64,000 bases of DNA from Cyanobacteria bacterium P01_A01_bin.123. Its GTDB lineage: Bacteria > Cyanobacteriota > Cyanobacteriia > Phormidesmidales > Phormidesmidaceae. How positions within the stretch are numbered: position 1 is the first letter of the stretch; every line of letters begins with the position of its first letter. The stretch spans positions 128,001-192,000 of the forward strand of contig JBCBZT010000006.1 of NCBI GenBank assembly GCA_039815185.1, in the 5' to 3' direction. The notes beneath the pieces were generated by a model. That model worked only from the letters and a program-made list of their open reading frames with translations. It searched no databases and had not been told where the DNA came from. Below, one piece after another: positions 1 to 8,181 of this stretch. The translations under genes and the position numbers were made by a program.

Positions 1-179
1 GATTTTGGGGCTTTGTAGATGTGTACGCCTCCGAACCAGCCAATGTGGATCCGATAGTCCAGTGGGTTAAAGGACTGATAGAGCGGCATGGGCCGTTTCT
101 GTTGGCGGGGTTCTGGGAGGGTTGCCCCCCTCGTTAGATCAGATGTACAAGGGGGCTTCACAAAAAGGTTTTGACTCAT
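1..179 (-). CDS. Partial hypothetical ORF downstream of apcE2, running off the window edge
   Basis: ATG at 179 opens MSQNLFVKPPCTSDLTRGATLPEPRQQKRPMPLYQSFNPLDYRIHIGWFGGVHIYKAPK with no stop before position 1. Same strand as the apc genes; no recognisable family. Confidence 0.3.
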   Translation of the reverse strand, partial: MSQNLFVKPPCTSDLTRGATLPEPRQQKRPMPLYQSFNPLDYRIHIGWFGGVHIYKAPK

Positions 180-269
180 CTTTCATGGGGTTGATTGGAT
201 GGATTCACTCAATTGGCCACATGGAATGAGCGTTTTGGTTTCGCCTCCCATTTGCCTATCCCGCGTGAC

Positions 270-2684
270 TCAAGTTTGAGAACTGGTCTCAGTCTGAGGA
301 ATACTTGCTGCTGGGGCAGTTTGCCCAGCAGGCGTAGCCGTTTCTGCATGGGTATCACCAGCGTTGTCGCTATGACCCGTCACCTTCTCCCGGGGTGGAT
401 TTAATGACTGGGGTTGTTGCGGTTGAGCTTGATTGGTGACTGGCAACTGTGTCTGAGTCAGCCAGGGTGGCTCCATCACTGCGACGCCTCCAGCAGCACC
501 AGAGGCAGGATAGGGACGACTTTGCATCCATTCACCCGCAGTGGCTGGGTTGTGTCTCGGTTTTGACCAGGCGACGGGGCCTTGGGGCGATCGCAGGGCG
601 AACCCACGCGGCGTCAGGTAACGCTCATAGGGCACTGTATCTTCCCCAAATTCCGCTTGGTATTCGGCACTGTCTATCACCGCATCGACCAGGGCATAAA
701 ACCCTTGGTGGGCACAGATATCGTAGTACCGACCCATTTCCCGGCGTCCGTAGGTGGGTCGCCCCAGCAGTCGGCGATGAATGCACTCAATCGCCTTAGT
801 GATGTAAAGCTCTTCCCAATACATCCGGCGAAACTCACGAGACTTGGCCAGTTGACGGACAAACTCTTGCAGGGTGATACTGCCTGCTTTGAGTTGTGTC
901 TCAGCTACCCCCTGGCGCTGACTGTCAAATACCTCACGCCCCAATACCTGACGATAGGCTGCCTGAATGACAGCTTCAGGCGAGTGGTTGGTCAGGTTCA
1001 TGCTGGGCTGGAGTCGTTGATCCATAGCGGGTTGGACGGATCGACCATTCTGACTCAAGTTACCGGTGTGATTCGGGTTAGACTCCCATCTCAGCACATG
1101 CTTTTCTGGAGAACCGGGGACTCTACCCAGGTATGCCGTGTCCTGACCGTTGCCATTGAAACCGCTGTGGCCGTTGCCAGCGCCACTGCTAATCAAAATT
1201 CGGCGGCTGTCTTCACTAAAGTGGGCAGGTTGGGCCTTGGGGTCACGCGTTTCCTGCGGGAAAATCGCGCCGAACTGAATTTCTAACGGATCATTACCGA
1301 CGCCGTAGGGATGTTGATTGGGTAGGGGCTGCTGATACCCAGCAAAGGTCGTGACAAACTGAGGGACTTTGCGCACCGGCGCACTGTACTTGAATAAATC
1401 AAGCTGCGGTCCCCAGTTGCGGGATTCCTGTGCTTCTAACCCTAAGCCCCTGAGGTAGGGGACCGTTTCTTCGCCAAAGTAGTCGGCATATTCCTGGGAG
1501 TCGATGAAGGTGTCTACCAAAGCTGGAAATCCCTCGATAGACATGACCTCAAAATAGGTCTGAAACTCTTCCATGCAGCTCAACCCCCGCCCCAAAAAGT
1601 GACGACAGGCCAGCTCGATACTGCGGCTGATCGTATAGGGTTCGTAATAGAGCTTTCGGTAAAGCCGCGATTTGCCCAACTGGCGGATAAACGCTTTCAT
1701 CGACCAAAGGCCACTTTTGAGCTGGGAGGCTAACGCCGCTACAGCATCCCCATAGGGATGGGTAATATCGCGTTCAAAGACCTGTCGATAGGCAGCTCGA
1801 ATGACTTCATCTTTTTCGATATCGGGCAAGTCAGGCTTCATCACCCAGCGCAGTTTAGGATTAGCGCTGTCCCCATAGCTTTGGGGCAGCTGTAAACCCG
1901 GGTGGTGCTTTGAAACGCCCATTCGTAGTCGATCGGAAGGCTTTTCGACGCAGTAATCAGCAATCAGCACGTCGAAATATCGTTTTACTAGCGCCGCTGC
2001 CGCCTCAGATGGAAAGCTCTGACTTGCTTTCCACTTCATTTCCCGCAGAGCAACCACGGTGGCAAGGGTGATGTCTTCTGGCATGACGCCCCGCAAGCCC
2101 CGCGTGTTGACACTGATGATGCTGGTATCCCCAGCCACGATCGCATAGGTCACATACCGCAAAAACCAGCTCAGATCCCGCAAAGAGCGCTTCATGCGAA
2201 CGTTGCCATAGCGAGAGATGTCAATGGCGCGAAAATTGCTGGGGACAGCGGGTTTCCCCCCAGCGATTAGTCCTTTGAACCACTCGCCGATGCTGTTGCC
2301 CGGATCGATGTAACGGGGGCGATCGCGAGCAGCCACTCGCTCTCGTTTTTGTTTCGTGGCGGCAGAGAGATAGTCTTCGCCCACGTAATATCCTGAACCG
2401 GGTAATCCTAAAGGGTCTTCGGGGCGCTCCAGGTAAATCATGGGGTTGCCCCCTACAAAGATGCGGTTCGCACCAGCAGCTACAATTTTGTCGGCTTGTT
2501 GAGTTAAGGTCTGGGCAATCTCCAACCGCCTCAACCCAGAGCCAAAGAAGGCTAAGAGTTCTTTCGCCTCACTTTGACTCGGGTAGCGATCGCGCTGCTG
2601 GGCACCGATAATCACGGCAGTGGGCACCGTGTGATATTGCTGCGGATGGACGACTGGGCTACCCCCATTAATCTGATCAGTCAT
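270..2684 (-). CDS. apcE2: Far-red phycobilisome core-membrane linker ApcE2
   Basis: N-terminal phycobiliprotein domain with GVMPEDI in place of the chromophore Cys region (VIPEDV-type motif). Only two linker (REP) domains (IRAAYRQVFER, IQAAYRQVLGR). FaRLiP context. Confidence 0.96.
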   Translation of the reverse strand: MTDQINGGSPVVHPQQYHTVPTAVIIGAQQRDRYPSQSEAKELLAFFGSGLRRLEIAQTLTQQADKIVAAGANRIFVGGNPMIYLERPEDPLGLPGSGYYVGEDYLSAATKQKRERVAARDRPRYIDPGNSIGEWFKGLIAGGKPAVPSNFRAIDISRYGNVRMKRSLRDLSWFLRYVTYAIVAGDTSIISVNTRGLRGVMPEDITLATVVALREMKWKASQSFPSEAAAALVKRYFDVLIADYCVEKPSDRLRMGVSKHHPGLQLPQSYGDSANPKLRWVMKPDLPDIEKDEVIRAAYRQVFERDITHPYGDAVAALASQLKSGLWSMKAFIRQLGKSRLYRKLYYEPYTISRSIELACRHFLGRGLSCMEEFQTYFEVMSIEGFPALVDTFIDSQEYADYFGEETVPYLRGLGLEAQESRNWGPQLDLFKYSAPVRKVPQFVTTFAGYQQPLPNQHPYGVGNDPLEIQFGAIFPQETRDPKAQPAHFSEDSRRILISSGAGNGHSGFNGNGQDTAYLGRVPGSPEKHVLRWESNPNHTGNLSQNGRSVQPAMDQRLQPSMNLTNHSPEAVIQAAYRQVLGREVFDSQRQGVAETQLKAGSITLQEFVRQLAKSREFRRMYWEELYITKAIECIHRRLLGRPTYGRREMGRYYDICAHQGFYALVDAVIDSAEYQAEFGEDTVPYERYLTPRGFALRSPQGPVAWSKPRHNPATAGEWMQSRPYPASGAAGGVAVMEPPWLTQTQLPVTNQAQPQQPQSLNPPREKVTGHSDNAGDTHAETATPAGQTAPAASIPQTETSSQT

Positions 2685-2716
2685 TTCGTTTCACAAGCTC
2701 CAAATCTAAAACTTCA

Positions 2717-3196
2717 CTAGGGCATCAGCCCCTGAATCAGATAGTCAAAGTAGGGAGCAACCTCCGCCCCATCCTCTAGACTCAGCAGTTCTAGGGTGAC
2801 TTCTTTAAGGCAGCGCATACACTCCGCTACATTCCTGAGGGGAATTTCTAGGGAGAGGTACATCGCTTTGACGCCCCTCACACCGCTGACCTGAAGCGGG
2901 TCGATATCACCGACCACAACCGCATAGGAAATCAAACGGATAAACCAACCCTGATCCCGTAAGCAAGAAGCCCGAAAGGTCGGGTTGCCGCTATTGCTAG
3001 GCGTGATTGGACAACGCTGCCAAAATCGCTGGCTACCTTTTTCAACGATGGTCTGTACATTGGCGCTCAGGACTGAGGCAATCCGCAGCCGTTGTTGTCC
3101 ATCTTCGAAGAAGAAGCCAATGGCATCTAGCTCCCCACGACTGAGATAACGAGCCTCGCGATCGGCATTGGCGATCACTTGGGTAATGATGCTCAT
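2717..3196 (-). CDS. apcD2: Far-red allophycocyanin alpha-type subunit ApcD2
   Basis: MSIITQVIANADREARYL start, ASCLRD chromophore Cys, position between apcB2 and apcE2. Confidence 0.88.
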   Translation of the reverse strand: MSIITQVIANADREARYLSRGELDAIGFFFEDGQQRLRIASVLSANVQTIVEKGSQRFWQRCPITPSNSGNPTFRASCLRDQGWFIRLISYAVVVGDIDPLQVSGVRGVKAMYLSLEIPLRNVAECMRCLKEVTLELLSLEDGAEVAPYFDYLIQGLMP

Positions 3197-3245
3197 AGTA
3201 GATAACGTGCTTAATTTAGAGAACGGAAATTGTTGAGGGCGATCG

Positions 3246-3731
3246 CTAACTCAGTCCCGAGCAAATGTGGTCAAAGCAAGCTCCCATTTCTCGACCCGCA
3301 TCGGCTCCCAACATCTCGTCAACGACCTCCTTCATCGACTGCACAGAACGTACTGTCGCACCGACTGGAACTCCAAGAGAGTTGTAAGTTTCTTTGAGGC
3401 CGTTGAGCACCCGTTCATCCAAAATCGACGGGTCGCCTGCCAGCATGGCGTAGGTGGCATAGCGCAAGAAATATTCCATATCGCGAACGCAAGCGGCATA
3501 GCGACGGCAGGTATACATGTTGCCCCCAGGGGCAGTGATGTCGGTATAGAGCAGTGATTTGGCAATGGTCTTAGTCACAATTGTGGAGGCATTAGCACTA
3601 ATATTCATGGCTGCCTTAGCCCGCAGATCGCCACTCCGAAAATAGTTTTGCAAATTGTTCAATGAGGCATCGTCTAAGTATTTCCCACGTGCATCGGAGG
3701 AATTGATCAGCGTGGTAATTGCATCTTGCAT
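3246..3731 (-). CDS. apcB2: Far-red allophycocyanin beta subunit ApcB2
   Basis: [10 protein letters not shown]...[17 protein letters not shown]. Start moved to ATG 3731, which follows an AGGAG RBS. Confidence 0.95.
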   Translation of the reverse strand: MQDAITTLINSSDARGKYLDDASLNNLQNYFRSGDLRAKAAMNISANASTIVTKTIAKSLLYTDITAPGGNMYTCRRYAACVRDMEYFLRYATYAMLAGDPSILDERVLNGLKETYNSLGVPVGATVRSVQSMKEVVDEMLGADAGREMGACFDHICSGLS

Positions 3732-3925
3732 GTCTGTTCTCCTAATAAAGCAGTAATAAATTGAGGTAAGGTTTAGCCACTTAATGCAGGGCATTGTCCT
3801 GAGGATAAAATTCAGGAGCCTGAATCCAATCCCTTAATGACTGCTGTCTACTGATTTTTTTTTACCGGGCAGGCTTTTTCTGCTGACGTCGATACCCGGA
3901 TTGAGTGGTGAAAACTAGATGCTCA

Positions 3926-4402
3926 CTAGGACAGTGAATGAATAATTAAATCAAAGTATGGCGCTACTTCTTGAGCATCTTCTCCGCTCAGAACTGCCAT
4001 CGCTTCTTCCTTTAAACAGCGCATGCACTCTGCAATATTCCGGATCGGAATTTCGAGATTGTTGTACATCTCTTTAATCCCTACGGTGCCGATTTCTTCT
4101 AGGGGACGCTCACTCCCAGCCAATATAGAATAGGCAATTAAGCGCACATACCAACCTTGATCACGCTGACAAGAAGCTGTTTTGCGATCGTTACCGCTGT
4201 TACTCGGGGTATTTGGGCAGCGCTCCCAGAAGCGCTGACTGCCGTTTTTAACAATCCGCTGTTCATTATCTGCCAAGGCTTTAGCGATACGAATGCGTTG
4301 TTCTCCCGTTTTGACAAAATCTTGAAAAATTCGGAGCTCTTTTGGAGCAGGATAGCGAGCTTCACTGTCTGCGCTAAGAATGAGTTCTGTAACCAAGCTC
4401 AT
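3926..4402 (-). CDS. apcD5: Far-red allophycocyanin alpha-type subunit ApcD5 (ApcA2)
   Basis: MSLVTELILSADSEARYPAPKEL, TASCQRD; first gene of the apc run, GGAG RBS. Confidence 0.88.
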   Translation of the reverse strand: MSLVTELILSADSEARYPAPKELRIFQDFVKTGEQRIRIAKALADNEQRIVKNGSQRFWERCPNTPSNSGNDRKTASCQRDQGWYVRLIAYSILAGSERPLEEIGTVGIKEMYNNLEIPIRNIAECMRCLKEEAMAVLSGEDAQEVAPYFDLIIHSLS

Positions 4403-4628
4403 TGTGATTTCTCCCTATTTAAAGTGTGATGTAATTAATCAACTTGGACGGATATATCTTTGAACTGACGGGAAGCAGGGCTATAGAAGCCATTACCCCC
4501 ATCAGTCGTCATAGATAAGAGATCCTGCTAGATCCCTTCAAACTCCTAACTGGGCCCCTTTTGACTGCTTAAAAAATGCACTCGTTTCAGCGGGTTAAGG
4601 CATCTTTTATCAATTAAGGTTTGAAAGA

Positions 4629-4661
4629 AGATTAAACAATAAAAATGAAGAACCTATGAAA
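4629..4661 (-). promoter_or_regulatory. Candidate RfpB box plus -10 element for the apcD5 operon
   Basis: Minus strand TTTCATAGGTTCTTCATTTTTATTGTTTAATCT: 11-bp-spaced YTTCA repeats, T-tract, TAATCT. 26/33 identical to the element upstream of chlF. Confidence 0.65.
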
Positions 4662-4712
4662 GTATGAAAACAGCTTCACGAAAGTTTATGGACTACTGCG
4701 GACACACTACTT

Positions 4713-4745
4713 CTTCACCGGTTCTTCAGCTTTTTTTGGTTGAAT
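4713..4745 (+). promoter_or_regulatory. Candidate RfpB box upstream of the psbO paralogue
   Basis: CTTCACCGGTTCTTCAGCTTTTTTTGGTTGAAT: same repeat and GGTT spacer, T-tract, weaker -10. Confidence 0.55.
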
Positions 4746-4816
4746 TCAGATCGTAGGTTGGCAACCTTCGTCCAATCTGCGATCTAAATTCAACCGGGAT
4801 GAACTTGAATAAGACT

Positions 4817-5647
4817 ATGAAATATCGCGCTTTAATCGCTGTTTTTTTTGCCCTGTGCGTTGGCTTATTGATGGCTTGTAGCAGTGGCCCAAACGCGGCA
4901 AACGGTACGCTCAGCTATGAAGCTATCAAAGGGAGCGGGCTGGCCAACAACTGCCCACAGCTTTTAGAAAGTAGTCTAGATGCGATCGCCATCGAGTCTA
5001 GTCAGTCCTATCAACTGAAGGAGCTGTGTCTACAACCCGAGGCTTTTTTGGTGCGGCGATCGCCCTTGGTCAAACGCCAAGAGAGCAAATTTGTACTGAC
5101 TAAGCCTCTGACCCGCGAGAGTTTCAGCCTTGATCAAGTTAGCGGTTCCTTGCAGGTTGGTGCTGACGGTAGTCTGACTTTCGTCGAGCAAGGGGGCTTT
5201 GACTTTCAGCCCGTGACTGTGCAGCTCCCCGATGGAGAACGGGTGCCGCTGCTGTTTACTGTTAAAGGTTTGGTCGCCAAAACCCAGGATGCCGTTACAC
5301 AGCTCAGTTCTGCGACGCGTCTGGTGGGCGATTTTCAGGTACCGCCTTACCGTACGTCAAGCTTTATTGATCCCAAAGGTCGAGGATTAGCGGTGGGTTA
5401 CGACGCAGCAGTTGGGTTGCCGCCTCAAGCTGATAGCGAAGAATTTACTCGGCAAAATATCAAGACTTTTGACGTTGGGCAGGGTCGCATTTCATTCCAG
5501 ATTAGTCGGGTTAATCAGGCAACGGGAGAATTTGTAGGCTTATTTGAAAGTGAACAGCCTTCTGATACTGACTTTGGGTCGAAGGAAGCTATGGACGTCA
5601 AAATTCGGGGGCAGTTTTACGGTCGCATTGAGCAGATGGTGGCCTAA
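4817..5647 (+). CDS. psbO: PSII manganese-stabilising protein paralogue (FaRLiP-linked PsbO2)
   Basis: Signal peptide MKYRALI...[40 protein letters not shown] motifs. Alternative start at 4799. Confidence 0.95.
   Translation: MKYRALIAVFFALCVGLLMACSSGPNAANGTLSYEAIKGSGLANNCPQLLESSLDAIAIESSQSYQLKELCLQPEAFLVRRSPLVKRQESKFVLTKPLTRESFSLDQVSGSLQVGADGSLTFVEQGGFDFQPVTVQLPDGERVPLLFTVKGLVAKTQDAVTQLSSATRLVGDFQVPPYRTSSFIDPKGRGLAVGYDAAVGLPPQADSEEFTRQNIKTFDVGQGRISFQISRVNQATGEFVGLFESEQPSDTDFGSKEAMDVKIRGQFYGRIEQMVA
4982..4989. repeat. HIP1 octamer GCGATCGC (example; recurs throughout window)
   Basis: Seen at 4982, 5788, 6147 and many other places, inside and outside the FaRLiP cluster. Confidence 0.9.
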
Positions 5648-5685
5648 GCCATAGGGTATCAGCAATTTTTAGCCGGAGGTTTTTC

Positions 5686-5820
5686 ATGACCGATTTTAAC
5701 CGCGACCCAGAAATCACCTATCCTATTTTCACCATCAGGTGGTTAGCAATCCACACGCTGGCGATTCCAACCATATTCTTCTTAGGTGCGATCGCAGCAA
5801 TGCAGTTTATTCAACGCTAA
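5686..5820 (+). CDS. psbF: Cytochrome b559 beta subunit paralogue PsbF2 (44 aa, not in ORF track)
   Basis: Manual translation [52 protein letters not shown]; heme-ligand His in RWLAIH. Confidence 0.96.
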   Translation: MTDFNRDPEITYPIFTIRWLAIHTLAIPTIFFLGAIAAMQFIQR

Positions 5821-5850
5821 GTCTGCAACGGGCTTAGGCTAATAATCGTT

Positions 5851-6027
5851 ATGGAAATACTAACCAAGTTAAGCTTAGAACAAGAATTTGAGCTGCAAAT
5901 CTTGAGAGAGCAAGTCAAAGATCTATCCCTTGATCAAGCGCAAAACTATGTCGTCGAAGTTGTCCGCCAAATGATGCTCAAAGATAATCTGTTTAAGCAT
6001 TTACTCAAGACTGCTCATACCAGTTAA
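5851..6027 (+). CDS. nblA: Phycobilisome degradation adaptor NblA (58 aa, not in ORF track)
   Basis: Manual translation MEILTKLSLEQEFELQILREQVKDLSLDQAQNYVVEVVRQMMLKDNLFKHLLKTAHTS; LSLEQxF, LSxxQAQ and RQMMxKDN NblA signatures. Confidence 0.9.
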   Translation: MEILTKLSLEQEFELQILREQVKDLSLDQAQNYVVEVVRQMMLKDNLFKHLLKTAHTS

Positions 6028-6036
6028 ATAATCAGC

Positions 6037-6068
6037 AAACCCCCAGCACAGAAAAAGTCTGGGGGTTT
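6037..6068. terminator. Hairpin between convergent nblA and psbV paralogue (likely bidirectional terminator)
   Basis: AAACCCCCAG...CTGGGGGTTT 10-bp inverted repeat. Confidence 0.7.
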
Positions 6069-6079
6069 AAGATGAAACG

Positions 6080-6607
6080 CTATCGATTTGGTTTACCTCC
6101 GGCCCACTGATCACCAATAATCTTAGGCTGAACCAAAATATAACCTGCGATCGCGGTTAAGTCTTCCTCAGTTAAGTCGCGCATTTTAGGAAACAGATCG
6201 GTATTTTGTGTGGATGGATGCAATTCTGTCAAAGACACCGCACCATCGTAGGTCATGGGGTTATTCAGATAATCCACTACATCTTCTATGGTGTCGCGCG
6301 GTGGTGTTGCTAGCATCAAGGTTTGAGGGCCTAAATCTACATCGGGGTTAGTTTTAGTGCCACCGTCTAAATGGCATTGAGCACAGCTCCCGTTAAATTT
6401 GCGCTGGCCAACCGCGAGTTGCTTTGTGGTTAACGTAATTTGTTCTCCAGCAGCATTCAGTGGCACGGTTCGGATGACGGGATCAATTTCGACGGCGATC
6501 GCATTGTCTACCCATAGGCCTATCGAAATTAAAACTACAAAAGCAGAGCCGACTATCAGCTTAATTAATATCCTGTTGAACAATCTCATCATTTCAGTGG
6601 TCTCCAA
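6080..6607 (-). CDS. psbV: Cytochrome c550 (PsbV) paralogue
   Basis: Signal peptide, CAQCH heme motif, GGTKTNP, LATPPRD, ELHPS axial His, FPKMRDL. Exact start uncertain. Confidence 0.92.
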   Translation of the reverse strand: METTEMMRLFNRILIKLIVGSAFVVLISIGLWVDNAIAVEIDPVIRTVPLNAAGEQITLTTKQLAVGQRKFNGSCAQCHLDGGTKTNPDVDLGPQTLMLATPPRDTIEDVVDYLNNPMTYDGAVSLTELHPSTQNTDLFPKMRDLTEEDLTAIAGYILVQPKIIGDQWAGGKPNR

Positions 6608-6757
6608 AAACTGCTTAACTAACAGTTTGAAAGTACCATATTTTCTATTTTTAATTCATTGATAGTACATTTTTTGAATTATCAAATATCTGCTCATAAT
6701 GAGCCAATTCGCCTACAGCCAAGTCGGACTGTAACTTTTCCTGAAGGGCTCTATCAT

Positions 6758-6790
6758 CTTCATGGGTTTTTCATTTTTATTCCTTACGCT
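6758..6790 (+). promoter_or_regulatory. Candidate RfpB box plus -10 element for chlF-psa operon
   Basis: CTTCATGGGTTTTTCATTTTTATTCCTTACGCT: YTTCA repeats 11 bp apart, T-tract, TACGCT. Confidence 0.65.
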
Positions 6791-6939
6791 GACTTTATTA
6801 ATCCAGGTGGCAGATTGCGCTCTATCCTGTCACCGTGATGCTTGACTCTCCGGGAAAGAGAAGCAGGTGATTTTCAAACGCTAGAAAAAATTCATATTCC
6901 AAAAATGTGTCACAGTTCAGTTAAGAGAGGAGCTTTAAG

Positions 6940-8124
6940 ATGAAACAGTTTGGTAGAGCGATCGCCCTTAATCGTCCTGACCAACTGCCTGATCCACTCC
7001 CCGTGATCGACATTGAAACCTCTATCACTGACGAGATCATTTCAGCAGAATCTGTCTCGCTTTGGGAACGGTTTTGCCGATGGGTAACCAGCACGGATAA
7101 TCGTATCTATGTTGGCTGGTTTGGGATGATTATGTTTCCGACGCTCTCAACGGCTGCCATCGTCTTTGTGTTGGCATTCATCGCAGCTCCTGCGGTAGAT
7201 ATGGACGGCACTGGCAGAGCAATTTCAGGGGCGCTGCTCGATGGCAATAATCTAATTACGGCAGCCGTTGTACCCTCATCAGCAGCGATCGGGTTGCATT
7301 TCTACCCAATTTGGGAAGCTGCGTCTTTAGAGGAATGGCTAATCAATGGAGGTCCATATCAGTTAATTGTGCTGCATTTCATTATCGGCATTATTAGCTA
7401 TCAAGATCGAGAGTGGGAATTGAGCTATCGCCTAGGGATGCGTCCCTGGATTTCGCTTACATTTACAGCGCCTGTCGCGGCAGCAGTTTCGGTCTTGTTG
7501 ATTTACCCTGTGGGCCAGGGCAGTTTTGCCTCAGGCATGCCGCTTGGCATCTCGGGGACTTTTACCTTCATGTTGCATTTTCAGGCCGATCACAACATTT
7601 TGGCTAATCCGTTTCATCAGCTTGGTGTGATGGGTGTATTCGGCGGCTCCTTGTTATGTGCAGCGCATGGTTCTTTGGTAACTTCAGCTTTAATTCGACA
7701 TCCGGAAAATGCTTCAAGCGGGTTGAAACACTCTGATTTAAAGCCAGCCAGAAAAAACTATAGTTTTGAGCATATTCAATCCTATCAGCAGAAGCTATTC
7801 TGGCGAGGCTTTACTTTTAAGACATCTCGATCTGTACATTTCTTTCTGGCCGCAATTCCTGTTGCTGGTATTTGGTCAGCAGCATTGGGGATTGATATGG
7901 CTGCCTTTGGTTTCGATCGGTTTTCGTTGAATCGATCAGCCAGTAGCTATTTTCAAAAGACGGCGGTTCCCACCTGGGCCGATATTGTAACTGAGGCCAA
8001 TACGGGAATTAAAGCACTTGAAAATACCCGTGAAACAAGATTTCCAATTTTTCTTGAAACCGTAGAGGCTGACGGCGAAATAAACATGCTGTCAACCACA
8101 TTATCAGACCGCGATCGCGCTTAA
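6940..8124 (+). CDS. chlF: Chlorophyll f synthase (super-rogue D1, PsbA4)
   Basis: D1-like, with YQDREWELS (QD replacing MG). D170-equivalent lost (GSFASGMP), E189 is D, and the HERNAHNFPLDLA Mn-ligand C-terminus is absent. Confidence 0.97.
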   Translation: MKQFGRAIALNRPDQLPDPLPVIDIETSITDEIISAESVSLWERFCRWVTSTDNRIYVGWFGMIMFPTLSTAAIVFVLAFIAAPAVDMDGTGRAISGALLDGNNLITAAVVPSSAAIGLHFYPIWEAASLEEWLINGGPYQLIVLHFIIGIISYQDREWELSYRLGMRPWISLTFTAPVAAAVSVLLIYPVGQGSFASGMPLGISGTFTFMLHFQADHNILANPFHQLGVMGVFGGSLLCAAHGSLVTSALIRHPENASSGLKHSDLKPARKNYSFEHIQSYQQKLFWRGFTFKTSRSVHFFLAAIPVAGIWSAALGIDMAAFGFDRFSLNRSASSYFQKTAVPTWADIVTEANTGIKALENTRETRFPIFLETVEADGEINMLSTTLSDRDRA

Positions 8125-8181
8125 TTAGATGAAATCAGCGCGATCGACTGATTTATTTTTTAGTAAAAAAGGAGGTTTTTG

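Noticed and set aside
30..60. YRIHIGWFG resembling D1 NRLYIGWFG (psbA fragment)
   Set aside because: Match is only a few residues and flanks are unlike D1; insufficient evidence.
5671..5690. GGTTTTTCA half-motif before psbF2
   Set aside because: Explained by the RBS plus start codon; the first repeat is absent.
6940..8124. Ordinary oxygen-evolving D1 (psbA)
   Set aside because: Mn-cluster ligands and the D1 C-terminus are missing and the QD motif is present; it is ChlF.
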